Shown: positions 12,477-23,667, counted from the stretch's first letter. The stretch: 32,000 nucleotides of DNA from Mycobacterium leprae TN (GCF_000195855.1 NC_002677.1:1-32000), one strand, 5' to 3'. Numbers and translations are program-made. The notes: generated by a model from the letters alone, not told the origin.

Positions 12477-14210
12477 CAAACACAACCACAGCTAGACAGT
12501 GGTCTGCAACTTCGGAATTTCCGAGGTTTTGAGGGGTCAGGCGTGATTACATTTTAACCACAATCGCGAGTTAACAGCGCATTGATGGCCATCTAGACCG
12601 CCTCGATATTCCGTCCGTATAGAAGTTATAAGTTGATTCAACATCAGCTCAGCAGGATCCAGGGAAAGCTGCTACGCTCGGACCGCCCGGCACCAGGAGC
12701 TCGTCGACAAACGTTGGCGAGCTGATCGTGTTCGCCTTGCTGCTCTTCAGTGACCTCACCACAAACACGTCGTCTACCAGTGTCAGTCGACCTCGGCATC
12801 CACACCTGCCGATTGTCGGTGACTGCTATTGCGAGCAACTGCCTAATAGTACCAACTATTTTGTGTATCGAAGACAGTTGCCCGATCTACATTCAGACCC
12901 GTAACTTACTCGCGAACAAATCGCTGACCGAGATAGCCCAACACCGTATTCAGTATTATCTGATATTGGGCGCGAATAGACTTCTTCATCAGTTTGTGCT
13001 TGGAGTCGAGCTATATCTGTGTTTACTCCTTCAGCTTTACTGGACTGGTGGCCGGCGTTATAGGCCAACGCGGCGCTGTTTACCTCAAGCTGATTCGCCC
13101 ACGTTCTGATAAGAACGCTTGGTCGGAAAGCCTTGCTTCGTTGTTTGACGACGACCGTCAGGAGTCTTGTACTGTGGTCTGATATTGGATTGCATAACTT
13201 GAGGTTTCTTACCGTTCTAATTGTTGCCATAAGTGTTTTGTCGGACTGATCTCAACTGGATGGTCTTGACCGATACTCTAGGCAAAAGTGTTTCGTCCTG
13301 TAACTTATCCCTGACGAACTGTTTTCTGCAGTTCGGATAGCTCGGTCGCCTTACCTTCTTGACCTTTCTGCCATGATCTGAGGCTAATATCACTGCTTGA
13401 TTTACGAAAGATTGTTGTTAAGATATACTAGTTAATAAGTGCGGCTGACCTCGGTGCTGTGGCAGTGGTCCTTGATGTTTGGCCTGTTGGGAAAATGTTA
13501 ATGGATATACGTGCTGTTTACGCTTCGTTACTGTAGGGCTGAATGCCGTACAAAATCAAAAAATGTATTGGCGAACAACTTATTTAGGTTTAGTAGGTTG
13601 TTTATAGTTAATAATATGCTACAAGCACGGTTGTACTACTAGTGGTGTTTAGTCACCCTACTTGACTGGACAAGGAGAATTTTTTAGCAGGGAAATATAT
13701 TCTTTGTGCAAATTTTCGTTCTGGATGAACTTTTGCCGTAGATAGATCTATTTTAATCTGCTGGAGAGCTTCTCATGAGATTATGTGTGTTCACCGGTAC
13801 CGTAGACGCTGGTGGCGACCATTATATGTTGGTGGTAATGTTGGTCATTATTGTTACGTCTGCCGTTACGACGGCGATATGCGACTTGCTTGGCAGTTTT
13901 TATTACCCACTTAAGCATGTTTTTGCCACGAAATGCGGACGCTTCGTAATTATTTATTTGTCCTAACGGGACACCACCTCGTGATTTGTCTTACCGACAA
14001 TAGTCATTAATCCTCCGTCACGGGTTTGTCGTCACAGATCAACTCTTGTCCGACCCTATCGATCTATGGCTTCCGGTTGCTTACTCATCTATACCAGTAT
14101 TTCCTAATTTTCTTTGGGATTAATTGCAAGATTTCGATCAGGTTATTTGGTATGTGCTAGCAGATTAATTCGTAATTCCGGATATGCATCTTTTGAGCTA
14201 GACTAGGAGA

Positions 14211-14241
14211 ATATATACATACATACATATATATATATATA
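14211..14241. repeat. Compound microsatellite (ACAT)3 then (AT)7
   Basis: Direct reading: ATATATACATACATACATATATATATATATA. Confidence 0.95.
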
Positions 14242-15642
14242 GATGTAAATCTTCGAACTTGTAATTTAGAGCCGATAAAGTACGGGTCATCTGGCGCAGA
14301 TAGACAGTTGAGTATGCGTGTTGATTGATTTTTTACAACATGAAGTAAGCTGAGGTTAATTTCTGAACCTGATCGGTATTTCTGGTATAAAATTCTTTTT
14401 TACACACGTCTATCACCTAAAAATGCTCTTCTAGTGTGGATGAGTTTCATGTTTGTAAATGGGTCAGTGGATAGCTTGGTTGGGTAATTTCCAGGTCTTG
14501 TGCGGATAAAATTCCTGCGGCACCTGAAATGGAATGCTGGTGAGAGCTTCACGCGGCGTATAGCGACCAGATCCCCCATCTGAGTGAAGTACGAATTCGT
14601 TGAACAGTCTCGTAACCGTGTTTTCGACGAAGTACTTTATTGTGTTAACAACGCTGCCGGTCTTCTAATGGAGACCTGAGAATAGACTTTTCCAAGCCTT
14701 CATTAAGGCTAGCATGCATTGTTTATTACCACTTTATTCATATATAATTATGATTTCATCTGGCTGCTTAATGGAAGCCTGGAATAAATGTTGAAATATT
14801 GTGATTTAAGCCATGTCGAAGGTGTCCTGGGAAGACCTCCACGTGGGTTTTTGTTGGTTGATTATAATTCGAAAGTCCCGTACTCCAATATGGTTCTCAT
14901 CTGTGCAGGAATCGAAAGAAAATCCAGTAACTAATATGTTGATAGTTCGGTTTGAAAAAATTCAGTGTTCGGAGGTGAAATTACACATATAAGAAGGCTA
15001 ATCTTAATTTATTTCCAGACATCGATGCCGTATTTTACCCGGATTTTTCACTGTAGATCTAAAATCATAGCGAAGGGATCTGGTCATTTATCATTTTCAA
15101 CAAAAAGCATCCTAAACCACAACAGTTGGATGATTTAACAAAAGCTGGATCACCAGTTTTTTAGGTCTCATCGATATACACAAGAATCACATTTCTGAAG
15201 GTTATGACCAGACAAGTGCGAAAGTAGCCACTTTCCGTACACAGTTAAAAATTTGTTAACCACAGTTGTTTTTCACATTTGATCCTAGATATAATTTTTC
15301 ACTTTATAGTATAATTAACCTTTGCAAGACAGGTGTCAAAGATGCGATTTCCTTAGGTTCTACAAAATCTTGAAACCTGCTACGGACGCTTGACAAGAAC
15401 GAATGTTCACTTACAGCCATAGCTATACGTCGAAGCTGGCTGGGCGAGGTGACAGCTCCGAACGCAATGAGCACCAGATAGTGCTAAAAACCATTTCAAC
15501 ACCGGCCAGGACTGACTATGCTGATCGTACCGATCATACAAGGGTAGCTTGGTGTTGCGGTCGGTGTTCTTGTCGCAACACCTGCGGCAGGTTTGCGACT
15601 ACTGCCTGCGCGGCTGCCAGCTCCTAGGTGACTGTTTCCTGG

Positions 15643-15676
15643 ATGGAAGCAAAGTATGGAAGCAAAGTTTGGAAGC
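15643..15676. repeat. 13-bp tandem repeat ATGGAAGCAAAGT, two full copies and one partial
   Basis: ATGGAAGCAAAGT (15643-15655), ATGGAAGCAAAGT (15656-15668), TTGGAAGC (15669-15676). Confidence 0.9.
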
Positions 15677-15992
15677 TAGTCCGCCTTCCTTGAGCTTGAG
15701 GCGGTCGACCGCAAGGTAATGAGACTTAAAGTCCAACAGTGCCTTGTGTGACATCTACCAGTCCCAGTGGCCGAGTAGGTCAGGCCTTGGGTCAGTAGTT
15801 CTCGAGAGGTTAGCCGCGTTTCCGTCTACACGTTTATCCACCGCTTTTCTTTGCCTCTTACGAATCGATACCTCTCCCAGCCTGCCATCACCTAAAAACG
15901 CCCATAGTTCTATTACATGCACACTGGTCGTATAGCGCTGCGACAATAGCTAGGTTTCATGTGACACCGGATGTGAACGTACTGGTGAGTTA

Positions 15993-16541
15993 ATGGCACA
16001 CTGTGATTTTGTGACCAACAGCCTTATTCAGAATGCCACTGCCACGTTACACACCAACCGCGGCGACATCAAAGTCGCCCTGTTCGGAAACCACGTGCCC
16101 AAGACTGTCGCCAACTTCGTTGGGCTGGCGCAAGGCACCAAGGAGTACTCGACGCAAAACGCGTCAGGTGGTCCTTCCGGCCCGTTCTACGATGGGGCGG
16201 TTTTTCATCGGGTGATTCAAGGCTTCATGATTCAGGGTGGGGATCCAACCGGGACAGGTCGTGGCGGCCCAGGCTATAAGTTCGCCGATGAATTCCACCC
16301 TGAGCTTCAGTTCGACAAACCCTACCTGCTAGCGATGGCCAATGCGGGCCCGGGTACTAACGGTTCTCAGTTCTTCATCACCGTAGGCGAGACTCCACAC
16401 CTGAATCGGCGACACACGATCTTTGGCGAAGTGACCGACCCTGACTCGCAGAAGGTCGTCGATGCGATTTCGACGACAGCTACCGATGGCAACGACCGGC
16501 CTACCGAACCGGTTGTGATTGACTCGATCACAATTTCTTAG
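15993..16541 (+). CDS. ppiA: Cyclophilin-type peptidyl-prolyl cis-trans isomerase A (182 aa)
   Basis: Cyclophilin signatures [48 protein letters not shown]. Confidence 0.95.
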   Translation: MAHCDFVTNSLIQNATATLHTNRGDIKVALFGNHVPKTVANFVGLAQGTKEYSTQNASGGPSGPFYDGAVFHRVIQGFMIQGGDPTGTGRGGPGYKFADEFHPELQFDKPYLLAMANAGPGTNGSQFFITVGETPHLNRRHTIFGEVTDPDSQKVVDAISTTATDGNDRPTEPVVIDSITIS

Positions 16542-16565
16542 GTGCTGCGTGTCGCTTAACGTTTT

Positions 16566-16979
16566 TCAGCCAGCGTAGCCGGCGGTGATGAGCGCGTCGA
16601 GCACCTCCAGTGGCCCGGTTCCGAGGTCCCAACGGGACAAGATCACTAAGTCTCCGTTGATGGCTTCGATCTCGAGTAATCGGACTTTGCGGCCAAACCG
16701 GCGGAATTCAGTGATCCGAATGATCTTGATGTCAGCGGGTCCGAATAACCGTGTTCGAAACCAGCCCTGGACTGCTAGACCGTCGGGGTTAATTGCCAAC
16801 TTTGGGCGTGCACGCCACGACAATCCCGCAAACAAGATCAGACCCAGTGCAGCAATCCCGGTCAGCATGAACCCTGGCGTATCTATGTCTAACGTCGAAC
16901 ATGCAATAGCTATCACAATGCCGGCACCACCACAACCAGCGATTCTCGCTGTGCGCGGTCCCCATGCTGTTTGCTGCAT
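16566..16979 (-). CDS. Small membrane protein with C-terminal bacterial PH-like domain (Rv0010c homologue)
   Basis: 137 aa. Two hydrophobic segments, then RPKLAINPDGLAVQGWFRTRLFGPADIKIIRI. Syntenic between ppiA and crgA on the minus strand. Confidence 0.8.
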   Translation of the reverse strand: MQQTAWGPRTARIAGCGGAGIVIAIACSTLDIDTPGFMLTGIAALGLILFAGLSWRARPKLAINPDGLAVQGWFRTRLFGPADIKIIRITEFRRFGRKVRLLEIEAINGDLVILSRWDLGTGPLEVLDALITAGYAG

Positions 16980-17133
16980 ACGGTATTCAGCCCCTCACCA
17001 CTGCCGATGCAGTTATCCACAAACTTTATCAACAGTGGGGATAAATCACACGAGTGTGATTGAGTAATCGCAAAGTTGTTGACTTAATCAAAGGTTGACG
17101 GCAACATAAATTCATCACGTCTGGCAGGGTTTG

Positions 17134-17415
17134 CTAATGCCAACGCATCGTGAGCAGCAAACCGGTGATCATGAACGCGAACGCGATCGCATAGTTCCAT
17201 GGGCCGAGTTGGGCCATCCAGTGTAACGCTGTCGGGGCCTGGGTGCCCAGCGCTGCCAACTGAAACACCATTAGCCAGACGAGGCCGATCAGCATCAGGC
17301 CGACGAACAATGTAACGAACCACACACTGGACGGTCCGACCTTCACCTTGACCGGTGTGCGGCTCACCGAGGTGATGGTGAAATCGTTCTTCTTGCGGAC
17401 CTTGGACTTAGGCAT
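17134..17415 (-). CDS. crgA: Cell division protein CrgA (93 aa)
   Basis: [17 protein letters not shown]... followed by two TM segments ([23 protein letters not shown]; [20 protein letters not shown]). The ORF track's upstream start (17448) is probably too early. Confidence 0.93.
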   Translation of the reverse strand: MPKSKVRKKNDFTITSVSRTPVKVKVGPSSVWFVTLFVGLMLIGLVWLMVFQLAALGTQAPTALHWMAQLGPWNYAIAFAFMITGLLLTMRWH

Positions 17416-17521
17416 CTTTACCTCGGGGTTAACGGGGTGCAACGACAACGATGGCAGCTTTGACGCGTAGTTTGCTACGAGCCTAACTCACTTGTTGCTA
17501 TGACCAAGCAACGGAGAGTAG

Positions 17522-18286
17522 ATGCTTGATAAGCATCGCTTACCGTGGCGTTTCGGTGTTCCATTGGTCTGCGTGCTGGCCAGATTGCTGCTAGCCGCGA
17601 CGCACAGAGTTTTGGGGGCGCCGATATCCGCCACAGCGATGCCCCGCGTCTGGGTATGGATCTTGGTCCGTGCAGCGCAGTCGTCAGTGAGCCGCCTGAG
17701 CAGCGAACGGGATGCGTTGGCTAGCAAGATCGACGGGGTGCACAATCGGGACTTCCGATGCTGCATTTAGCGGCGATGCTACGACGGTCGAGTGAGCTGG
17801 CCGGGGAGGCGAGTATAGATCCGGGCGCACAGGCCGGGTCTGGTGGTCACCCTCGAGGACGCGTAACGTTGACGCCAACGACCGCTTACCACGCGGATGC
17901 TTCTCCTGATGACTTTGGTGGTGTATTGGTGGTGTATTAGCAGGATGTCCGGATCGTACTGAACGCTATGTGGAGTACAGGAGCGGAAGCGATCTAGATA
18001 GCAGACCAGCGCCTCATCGCGACCTCGGTGGTAAGGTTCCGTCGGAAACACCTTGCTGATCAACTGGCGTACTCACAGCCCGCCCTATATGGTCACCGCG
18101 ATCGATAATACCGCAGCGATACAAGCGGCCCTAGCCGCTGTTACCCTAGTGACCCTCTACGAACAGTATGTTGTCCGATTCGGACTCGACTATCGCGAGG
18201 AGATCGAGCCGAACGTGCAGATCAGCGGCTATTCCGATCCGGCCGGGACGCACTTTGCACAACTCATAGCACCACTTGGGCACTGA
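17522..18286 (+). pseudogene. Degraded homologue of Rv0012 (DUF881 membrane protein)
   Basis: Homologous pieces in shifting frames: MLDKHRLPWRFGVPLVCVLARLLLAATHRV (17522 frame), AAMLRRSSELAGEASIDPG and DASPDD (17758 frame), AAIQAALAAVTLVTLYEQYVVRFGL (18053 ORF), separated by frameshifts and in-frame stops. Confidence 0.85.
17917..17938. repeat. 11-bp tandem duplication (GGTGGTGTATT)x2 inside the Rv0012-like pseudogene
   Basis: Direct reading: GACTTT|GGTGGTGTATT|GGTGGTGTATT|AG. Confidence 0.95.
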
Positions 18287-18324
18287 GCCGGATCCCAAAC
18301 TGAGTCGGACGGTAGCCTGACACA

Positions 18325-19023
18325 ATGCGGATCTTGGTCATTGACAACTATGACAGCTTTGTGTTCAACCTGGTACAGTATCTCGGGCAGCTCGGAGTAG
18401 ACGCTGAGGTGTGGCGCAACGACGATACCCGATTATCCGACGAATCCACTATCGCTGCACAGTTCGACGGTATCCTGCTTAGTCCAGGTCCTGGCACTCC
18501 GGAACGTGCGGGGGCGTCGATCAATCTGGTCCGGGTGTGCGCCGCGGCGCACACCCCATTGCTAGGAGTCTGCCTGGGCCACCAGGCTATTGGCGTATCG
18601 TTCGGCGCCACCGTGGACCGCGCTCCCGAGTTGTTACACGGCAAGACCAGCAGTGTATTTCATACGAATAACGGTGTGCTACAAGGACTTCCAAATCCAT
18701 TCACGGCTACCCGATATCATTCATTAACTATCTTGCCGGAGTCACTTCCGCCGGTATTGGAGGTCGTCGCGCGCACACGTAGCGGTGTGATCATGGCGGT
18801 GCGTCACACCGAGTTGCCGATCCACGGTGTCCAGTTCCACCCGGAGTCGATCTTGACCGAGGGTGGGCATAGACTGTTGGCTAATTGGCTGACCTATTGC
18901 GGATGGTTGTGTGACGACGCACTGATCCGCCGACTTGAGAATGAGGTCGATGCTGCGGTCCATCCGCGTCTACCGGTGGCCGCGGAGCGCACCGCTGCTG
19001 CTATTGCCCGAACTTTAGCGTGA
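18325..19023 (+). CDS. pabA: Glutamine amidotransferase component II (anthranilate / aminodeoxychorismate synthase type)
   Basis: IDNYDSFVFNLVQYL, SPGPGTPERAG, catalytic LGVCLGHQAIG, VQFHPESILTEGG. Homologue is named trpG in M. tuberculosis (Rv0013). Confidence 0.93.
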   Translation: MRILVIDNYDSFVFNLVQYLGQLGVDAEVWRNDDTRLSDESTIAAQFDGILLSPGPGTPERAGASINLVRVCAAAHTPLLGVCLGHQAIGVSFGATVDRAPELLHGKTSSVFHTNNGVLQGLPNPFTATRYHSLTILPESLPPVLEVVARTRSGVIMAVRHTELPIHGVQFHPESILTEGGHRLLANWLTYCGWLCDDALIRRLENEVDAAVHPRLPVAAERTAAAIARTLA

Positions 19024-20869
19024 TGATTCCGTCCCGGTTTACTCCGGCACCTGCTGGCGGGTTTTGATATGCCACCCGGTTGTGCTGGGAGCCACCAGCA
19101 TCCACATCGGGGCCTTTATCCAGCACCCCGGTCCAGCCTAATGCGCGTAACCGCGGCTCGGCGTCGGCCCAGAACATACCGGACAAGTCAGGCATCACGA
19201 ATTGGTTGCCCTTGGACACCTGCAATTCAATGACCGAGTCCACTGGAACCGTCGCGTCCTTGGGCGGATTGGTACCAATCACCTCACCGGTTGGGCGGGG
19301 ACTATCCACCGACGCTTGGCTGAACTTAGTGAAGCCGTAGACGTTCAGATTTTTCTGCGCAATTTCGACGATCTGACCAGTGACGTCAGGGATTTGCTTA
19401 GTCTCTGGTCCGGAGCCGACGATGATGGTGATGACGTTGGTGATCGCCGAGGTCTGGTTGGCTGATGGGTTCGTACCGATAACCTTGCCCAATAATTCCG
19501 GCGTCGACGGTGAGTTTGCCTGCTTAAAGCTTTTGAATCCGGAGGAAGTCAGCTTCTTAACCGCGTCGGTGTAATTGAGCGAGGAGACGTCTGGCACTTC
19601 GCGTTGCTCAGGTCCGGTAGAGACGTTAATCGTGATTTCGTCGCCCGCACCCACCGAGGCGTTGGCCCCGGGTTCGGTACTGATGACATGGTCAGGCGGG
19701 ATCGTCGAGTCCGGTTTTTGCAGGGTGCGGGTTTTGAAGCCCCGGTTTTGCAGTGCGGAGATAGCATCGGCGGATACTTGGCCGCGTACGTCAGGCACCT
19801 GGACGTCGCGGGTATTGCCACCGAATGTATTGAAAGCAGCGACGATGGCGATCGTCAGGACTGCCAACACGGCGACTACGGCAACCCAGCGTCCAATCGA
19901 ACCATCGCTCTCGGTTTCATCTAGAGACTGGCGAGATAGCGCGTCGGTACGCGGAACGCCAAAGTTGCCAGCCCCGGACGACAGCAGACAGCTTCGATCG
20001 GCGTCAGTGAGCACCTTGGGCGCCTCAGGTGGTTGACCACTGTGCACCCGGATCAAATCGGCGCGCATCTCCGCCGCTGTCTGATAGCGGTTTTCCGGAT
20101 TCTTGGCCAGCGCTTTAAGAACGACGGCATCGAGGTCGACGGAGATGCCCTCATGCCGCTGCGACGGTGGAATTGGGTCCTCGCGAACATGCTGGTAGGC
20201 CACCGAGACCGGCGAGTCACCGATGAAAGGTGGTTCACCAGTGAGGATTTCGTAAAGCACACAACCTAACGAATAGACATCTGACCGAGCGTCGACGGAA
20301 TCGCCACGGGCCTGTTCGGGAGACAGATATTGGGCGGTGCCGATCACGGCTGCGGTCTGGGTGACGCTGGTACTGTCGGCAATCGCGCGTGCGATACCGA
20401 AGTCCATCACCTTTACCGCATTGGTGGCGCTGATCATGATGTTGGCTGGTTTGACGTCGCGATGAATGATGCCGTTCTGGTGGCTGAAGTTCAGTGCTTG
20501 GCACGCATCGGCGACAATCTCGATTGCTTGTTGGGGTGGCATCGGGCCATCCGTGTGCACGATATCGCGTAACGTTGCGCCGTCGACGTACTCCATGACG
20601 ATGTAGGGCAGCGGACCAGCGGACGTTTCTGCCTCGCCGGTGTCGTAGACCGCCACAATGGACGGGTGGTTTAGCGCCGCGGCATTTTGGGCCTCCCGTC
20701 GGAAGCGCAGGTAGAAACTAGGGTCGCGGGCCAGATCAGCACGCAGCACCTTGACTGCGACGTCGCGGTGCAAGCGAATGTCGCGGGCCAGGTGAACTTC
20801 GGACATGCCTCCAAAACCGAGGATGTCGCCCAGCTCGTAGCGATCAGACAAATGTGGTGGGGTGGTCAT
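19001..20869 (-). CDS. pknB: Ser/Thr protein kinase PknB with four C-terminal PASTA domains (622 aa)
   Basis: LGFGGMSEVHLARD, VAVKVLRADLA, IIHRDVKPANIM, DFGIARA. Single TM segment WVAVVAVLAVLTIAIVAAF, then repeated PASTA motifs (VPDVRGQ, VPDVSSL, IPDVTGQ, MPDLSGM). Confidence 0.96.
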   Translation of the reverse strand: MTTPPHLSDRYELGDILGFGGMSEVHLARDIRLHRDVAVKVLRADLARDPSFYLRFRREAQNAAALNHPSIVAVYDTGEAETSAGPLPYIVMEYVDGATLRDIVHTDGPMPPQQAIEIVADACQALNFSHQNGIIHRDVKPANIMISATNAVKVMDFGIARAIADSTSVTQTAAVIGTAQYLSPEQARGDSVDARSDVYSLGCVLYEILTGEPPFIGDSPVSVAYQHVREDPIPPSQRHEGISVDLDAVVLKALAKNPENRYQTAAEMRADLIRVHSGQPPEAPKVLTDADRSCLLSSGAGNFGVPRTDALSRQSLDETESDGSIGRWVAVVAVLAVLTIAIVAAFNTFGGNTRDVQVPDVRGQVSADAISALQNRGFKTRTLQKPDSTIPPDHVISTEPGANASVGAGDEITINVSTGPEQREVPDVSSLNYTDAVKKLTSSGFKSFKQANSPSTPELLGKVIGTNPSANQTSAITNVITIIVGSGPETKQIPDVTGQIVEIAQKNLNVYGFTKFSQASVDSPRPTGEVIGTNPPKDATVPVDSVIELQVSKGNQFVMPDLSGMFWADAEPRLRALGWTGVLDKGPDVDAGGSQHNRVAYQNPPAGAGVNRDGIITLKFGQ

Positions 20870-20878
20870 TGTGGTGTC

Positions 20879-22192
20879 TCATGTTTGGCCGGCGACGGGC
20901 GAGATGTCAGTGGCACCGGCCAGTTGAGCTCGAGCGGCCTGCTTTGGAAGTCCAGAATTACTTATTTCTTTGTGATTCGTCCAGTTGACTCGGTATTCGC
21001 AATATGCAGCCGGAAAACCGCTGAGGGTTTTGGTAGCTGGTGGCGTACCGGTGTCAGTAACGGTTGGAGTAGGCGGTTGATGCTGTTCGTTTCCAGCGTA
21101 GGAGTTGATCACGATCAGCACCGCGATGATGATCGCCAGCGCTCCGAGCATCCCGGCGGCCCAGAGCAACGCGCGTTGTCCAGACGAGAACGTGTTTCGC
21201 GCCGGCGGCGGGCGATTTCCGCTTGTTGACGGTCGGGATCGGCGAGGTGCCGGAGTCTTGGTGCCGCAAGCAACAGCTGCTCGGGCCTGTGTGCTTGACG
21301 GGATGGTCGTTGGAGAGGCCCGGCCGGAAGATGGTGTTTGGTTGGGCCGCGGGGGCCGATGGCCGGCCCGTACCGCGGCGACGGCTTCGGCGAACAATCC
21401 TCCACTAGGATAGCGCATGCCCGGGTTTTTCACCAATGTGATCTCGATGAGTTCTCGTACATTAGGCGGTAAGTCCGCGGGCAACGGCGGCGGGGGTTCC
21501 TTGATGTGCTTCATCGCTACCGTTAGGGCGCCGTCACCGGTGAACGGCCGCTTACCCGAAACCACTTCATACCCAATAACTCCCAACGAGTAGACATCGC
21601 TAGCAGGAGTCGCGTCGTGACCTAAGGCCTGTTCGGGCGCGATGTATTGCGCGGTGCCCATAACCATGCCGGTTTGGGTCACTGGTGCAGCGTCGACTGC
21701 CTTGGCGATACCGAAGTCAGTGATTTTCACCTGGCCGGTGGGGGTGATTAAGATGTTTCCCGGTTTGACGTCGCGGTGTACCAGGCCAGCGGCATGAGCA
21801 ATTTGCAGGGCACGGCCAGTCTGCTCCAGCATGTCCAGCGCATGCCGCAACGACAGCCGGCCGGTGCGTTTAAGCACCGAATTCAGTGGTTCGCCGTTGA
21901 CCAGTTCCATCACCAAGTAGGCTGTGCGGCCCTCCCCGTCCATATGGCTTTCGCCGTAGTCATGGACGCTGGCGATTCCGGGGTGGTTGAGCATCGCGGT
22001 GGTTCGTGCCTCAGCGCGGAACCGCTCAATGAACTCCGGGTCCGAGGAGAACTCTCCCTTGAGCACCTTGACCGCAACGCGGCGACCCAGCCGACTGTCC
22101 ACCGCTTCCCATACTTGGCCCATGCCACCGGTGGCGATGAGCCGATGCAGGCGGTATCTACCAGACAGCATCACACCAATTCGCGGACTCAT
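20879..22192 (-). CDS. pknA: Ser/Thr protein kinase PknA (437 aa from MSPRIGV)
   Basis: [48 protein letters not shown] segment [21 protein letters not shown]. The track's earlier start (22342) overlaps pbpA in low-complexity sequence. Confidence 0.95.
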
Positions 22193-23667
22193 GCCCCCCC
22201 CTGCAGCGCTGCCTCGATCACGGCCCGTCCGATCGGTGCGGCTAACGCACCTCCCGTAGCAAACAGGCTGTCGGCGCCCTTCTCTACCAGCACCGCTACG
22301 GCAACCTTCGGGGCTTGTACGGGTGCGAAGGCGATGTACCACGCGTGCGGCGGTGTATGACGCGGGTCGGTGCCATGCTCTGCGGTACCAGTCTTGGAAG
22401 CAATCTGCACGCCGGGAATGGCCCCTTTCTGTTGTGTGACCTTTTCGGCGCCGACCATCAGCTCTGTTAGCGTAGCGGCGATCTGTGGTGATACTGCGCG
22501 GTGCTGCTGATATGAGGTAGTGGTGCGGATGTTGGCCAGATCTGGCCCTTTGAGGTTGTCGATCAGGTAGGGCTGCATCGTCACCCCGGCATTGGCGATG
22601 GTCGCGGCGATTTGAGCGTTTTGCAGAGGAGTCAGCGCAACATCCCTCTGGCCGATACTTGACATCCCCAGCGCGGCGGCGTCTGGGATTACCCCAACAG
22701 TCGATTCGGCGACCTGCAGCGGAATTACGTTGGGGTTACTGTCCAGGCCGAAGGAATGTGCCATGCTCCGCAACGCGTCGGCGCCAATGAGCAGGCCCAG
22801 CTGGACGAACGCGGTGTTACACGACATGGCGAATGCCTGGCTCAATGATACCGTCGGACCGGGGCCGCAGGAAACGCCGCCGTAGTTCTCTAACGTGGCC
22901 GTGCTGCCGGGTAGTGGGATTGTGGGCTCTGCGGTCAACTGGTCACTCGTAGTGGCGCCGGCCTGCAGCGCCGCAGTGGTGGTGATCACCTTAAATGTGG
23001 AACCAGGAGGATAGGTTTCGGAAATGGCACGGTTGATTAGGGGCGAGTTAGGGTCGTCGTGCAAGCGCCGCCAGGCCTGTGCTTGTTCTTCCGGATTGTG
23101 AGACGCCAGCAGGTTGGGGTCATACGATGGTGTCGAGACCATAGCCAGGATCTTGCCGGTGGACGGTTCTAGGGCGACTACAGCTCCCTTACACGGCGAT
23201 CCTCCGCAACCCTGCTGCATCGCGTCCCATCCAGTCTGCTGGACGCGTGGGTTGATCGTGGTATCGACATTGCCGCCGCGTGGATCGCGGCCGGTGAAGA
23301 AGTCGGCCAACCGGCGCCCGAACAGCCGCTCGTCGGATCCATTCAACAGCGCGTCCTCGGCTTGCTCAAGGCCTGTGCTGGAATATCGCAGTGAATAGAA
23401 GCCAGTAATCGGCGCGTACACCGCAGGGTTGGGGTATACCCGGAGGAAACGGAAGCGGTTGTCAGTGGCCACCGAATAGGCTAGTAGCTGGCCACTTGCG
23501 GTGATCTGGCCACGTTGACGTGAATATTCATCGAGTAAGACCCGCTGGTTCCGGGGGTCGGCACGCAGTCCGTCGGCGGTGAACACCTGCGTTACCGTGG
23601 CGTTGAGCAGCAGCAGCACGATCAACGCCATCACGGTCACCGAGATTCGGCGGAGAGAGGTGTTCAT
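22189..23667 (-). CDS. pbpA: Penicillin-binding protein PbpA (transpeptidase, 492 aa)
   Basis: N-terminal TM; transpeptidase motifs STFKV (SxxK), [25 protein letters not shown]. 4-bp ATGA overlap with pknA. Confidence 0.95.

Larger units (their letters stand above)
12480..15990. other. Extended gene-poor, AT-rich, apparently decayed interval
   Basis: No ORF with recognisable protein features over about 3.5 kb. All ORFs in the track are under 130 aa and overlap in several frames. Base composition turns visibly AT-rich from about 13.3 to 15.4 kb. Confidence 0.65.

Noticed and set aside
13775-13966. 63-aa ORF with hydrophobic segment (MLVVMLVIIVTSAVTTAICDLLG)
   Set aside because: Looks like a TM segment, but it is short, isolated in AT-rich decayed DNA and has no recognisable family. 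AT-rich sequence readily encodes such stretches by chance.
12480-15990. Possible CRISPR array or insertion sequence in the gene-poor interval
   Set aside because: No regularly spaced direct repeats, no transposase-like ORF and no paired terminal inverted repeats could be seen.
22192-22342. 50-aa N-terminal extension of PknA in the ORF track
   Set aside because: Overlaps pbpA substantially and has Arg/Gly-rich non-conserved sequence. Kinase homology begins at [15 protein letters not shown] (22192).
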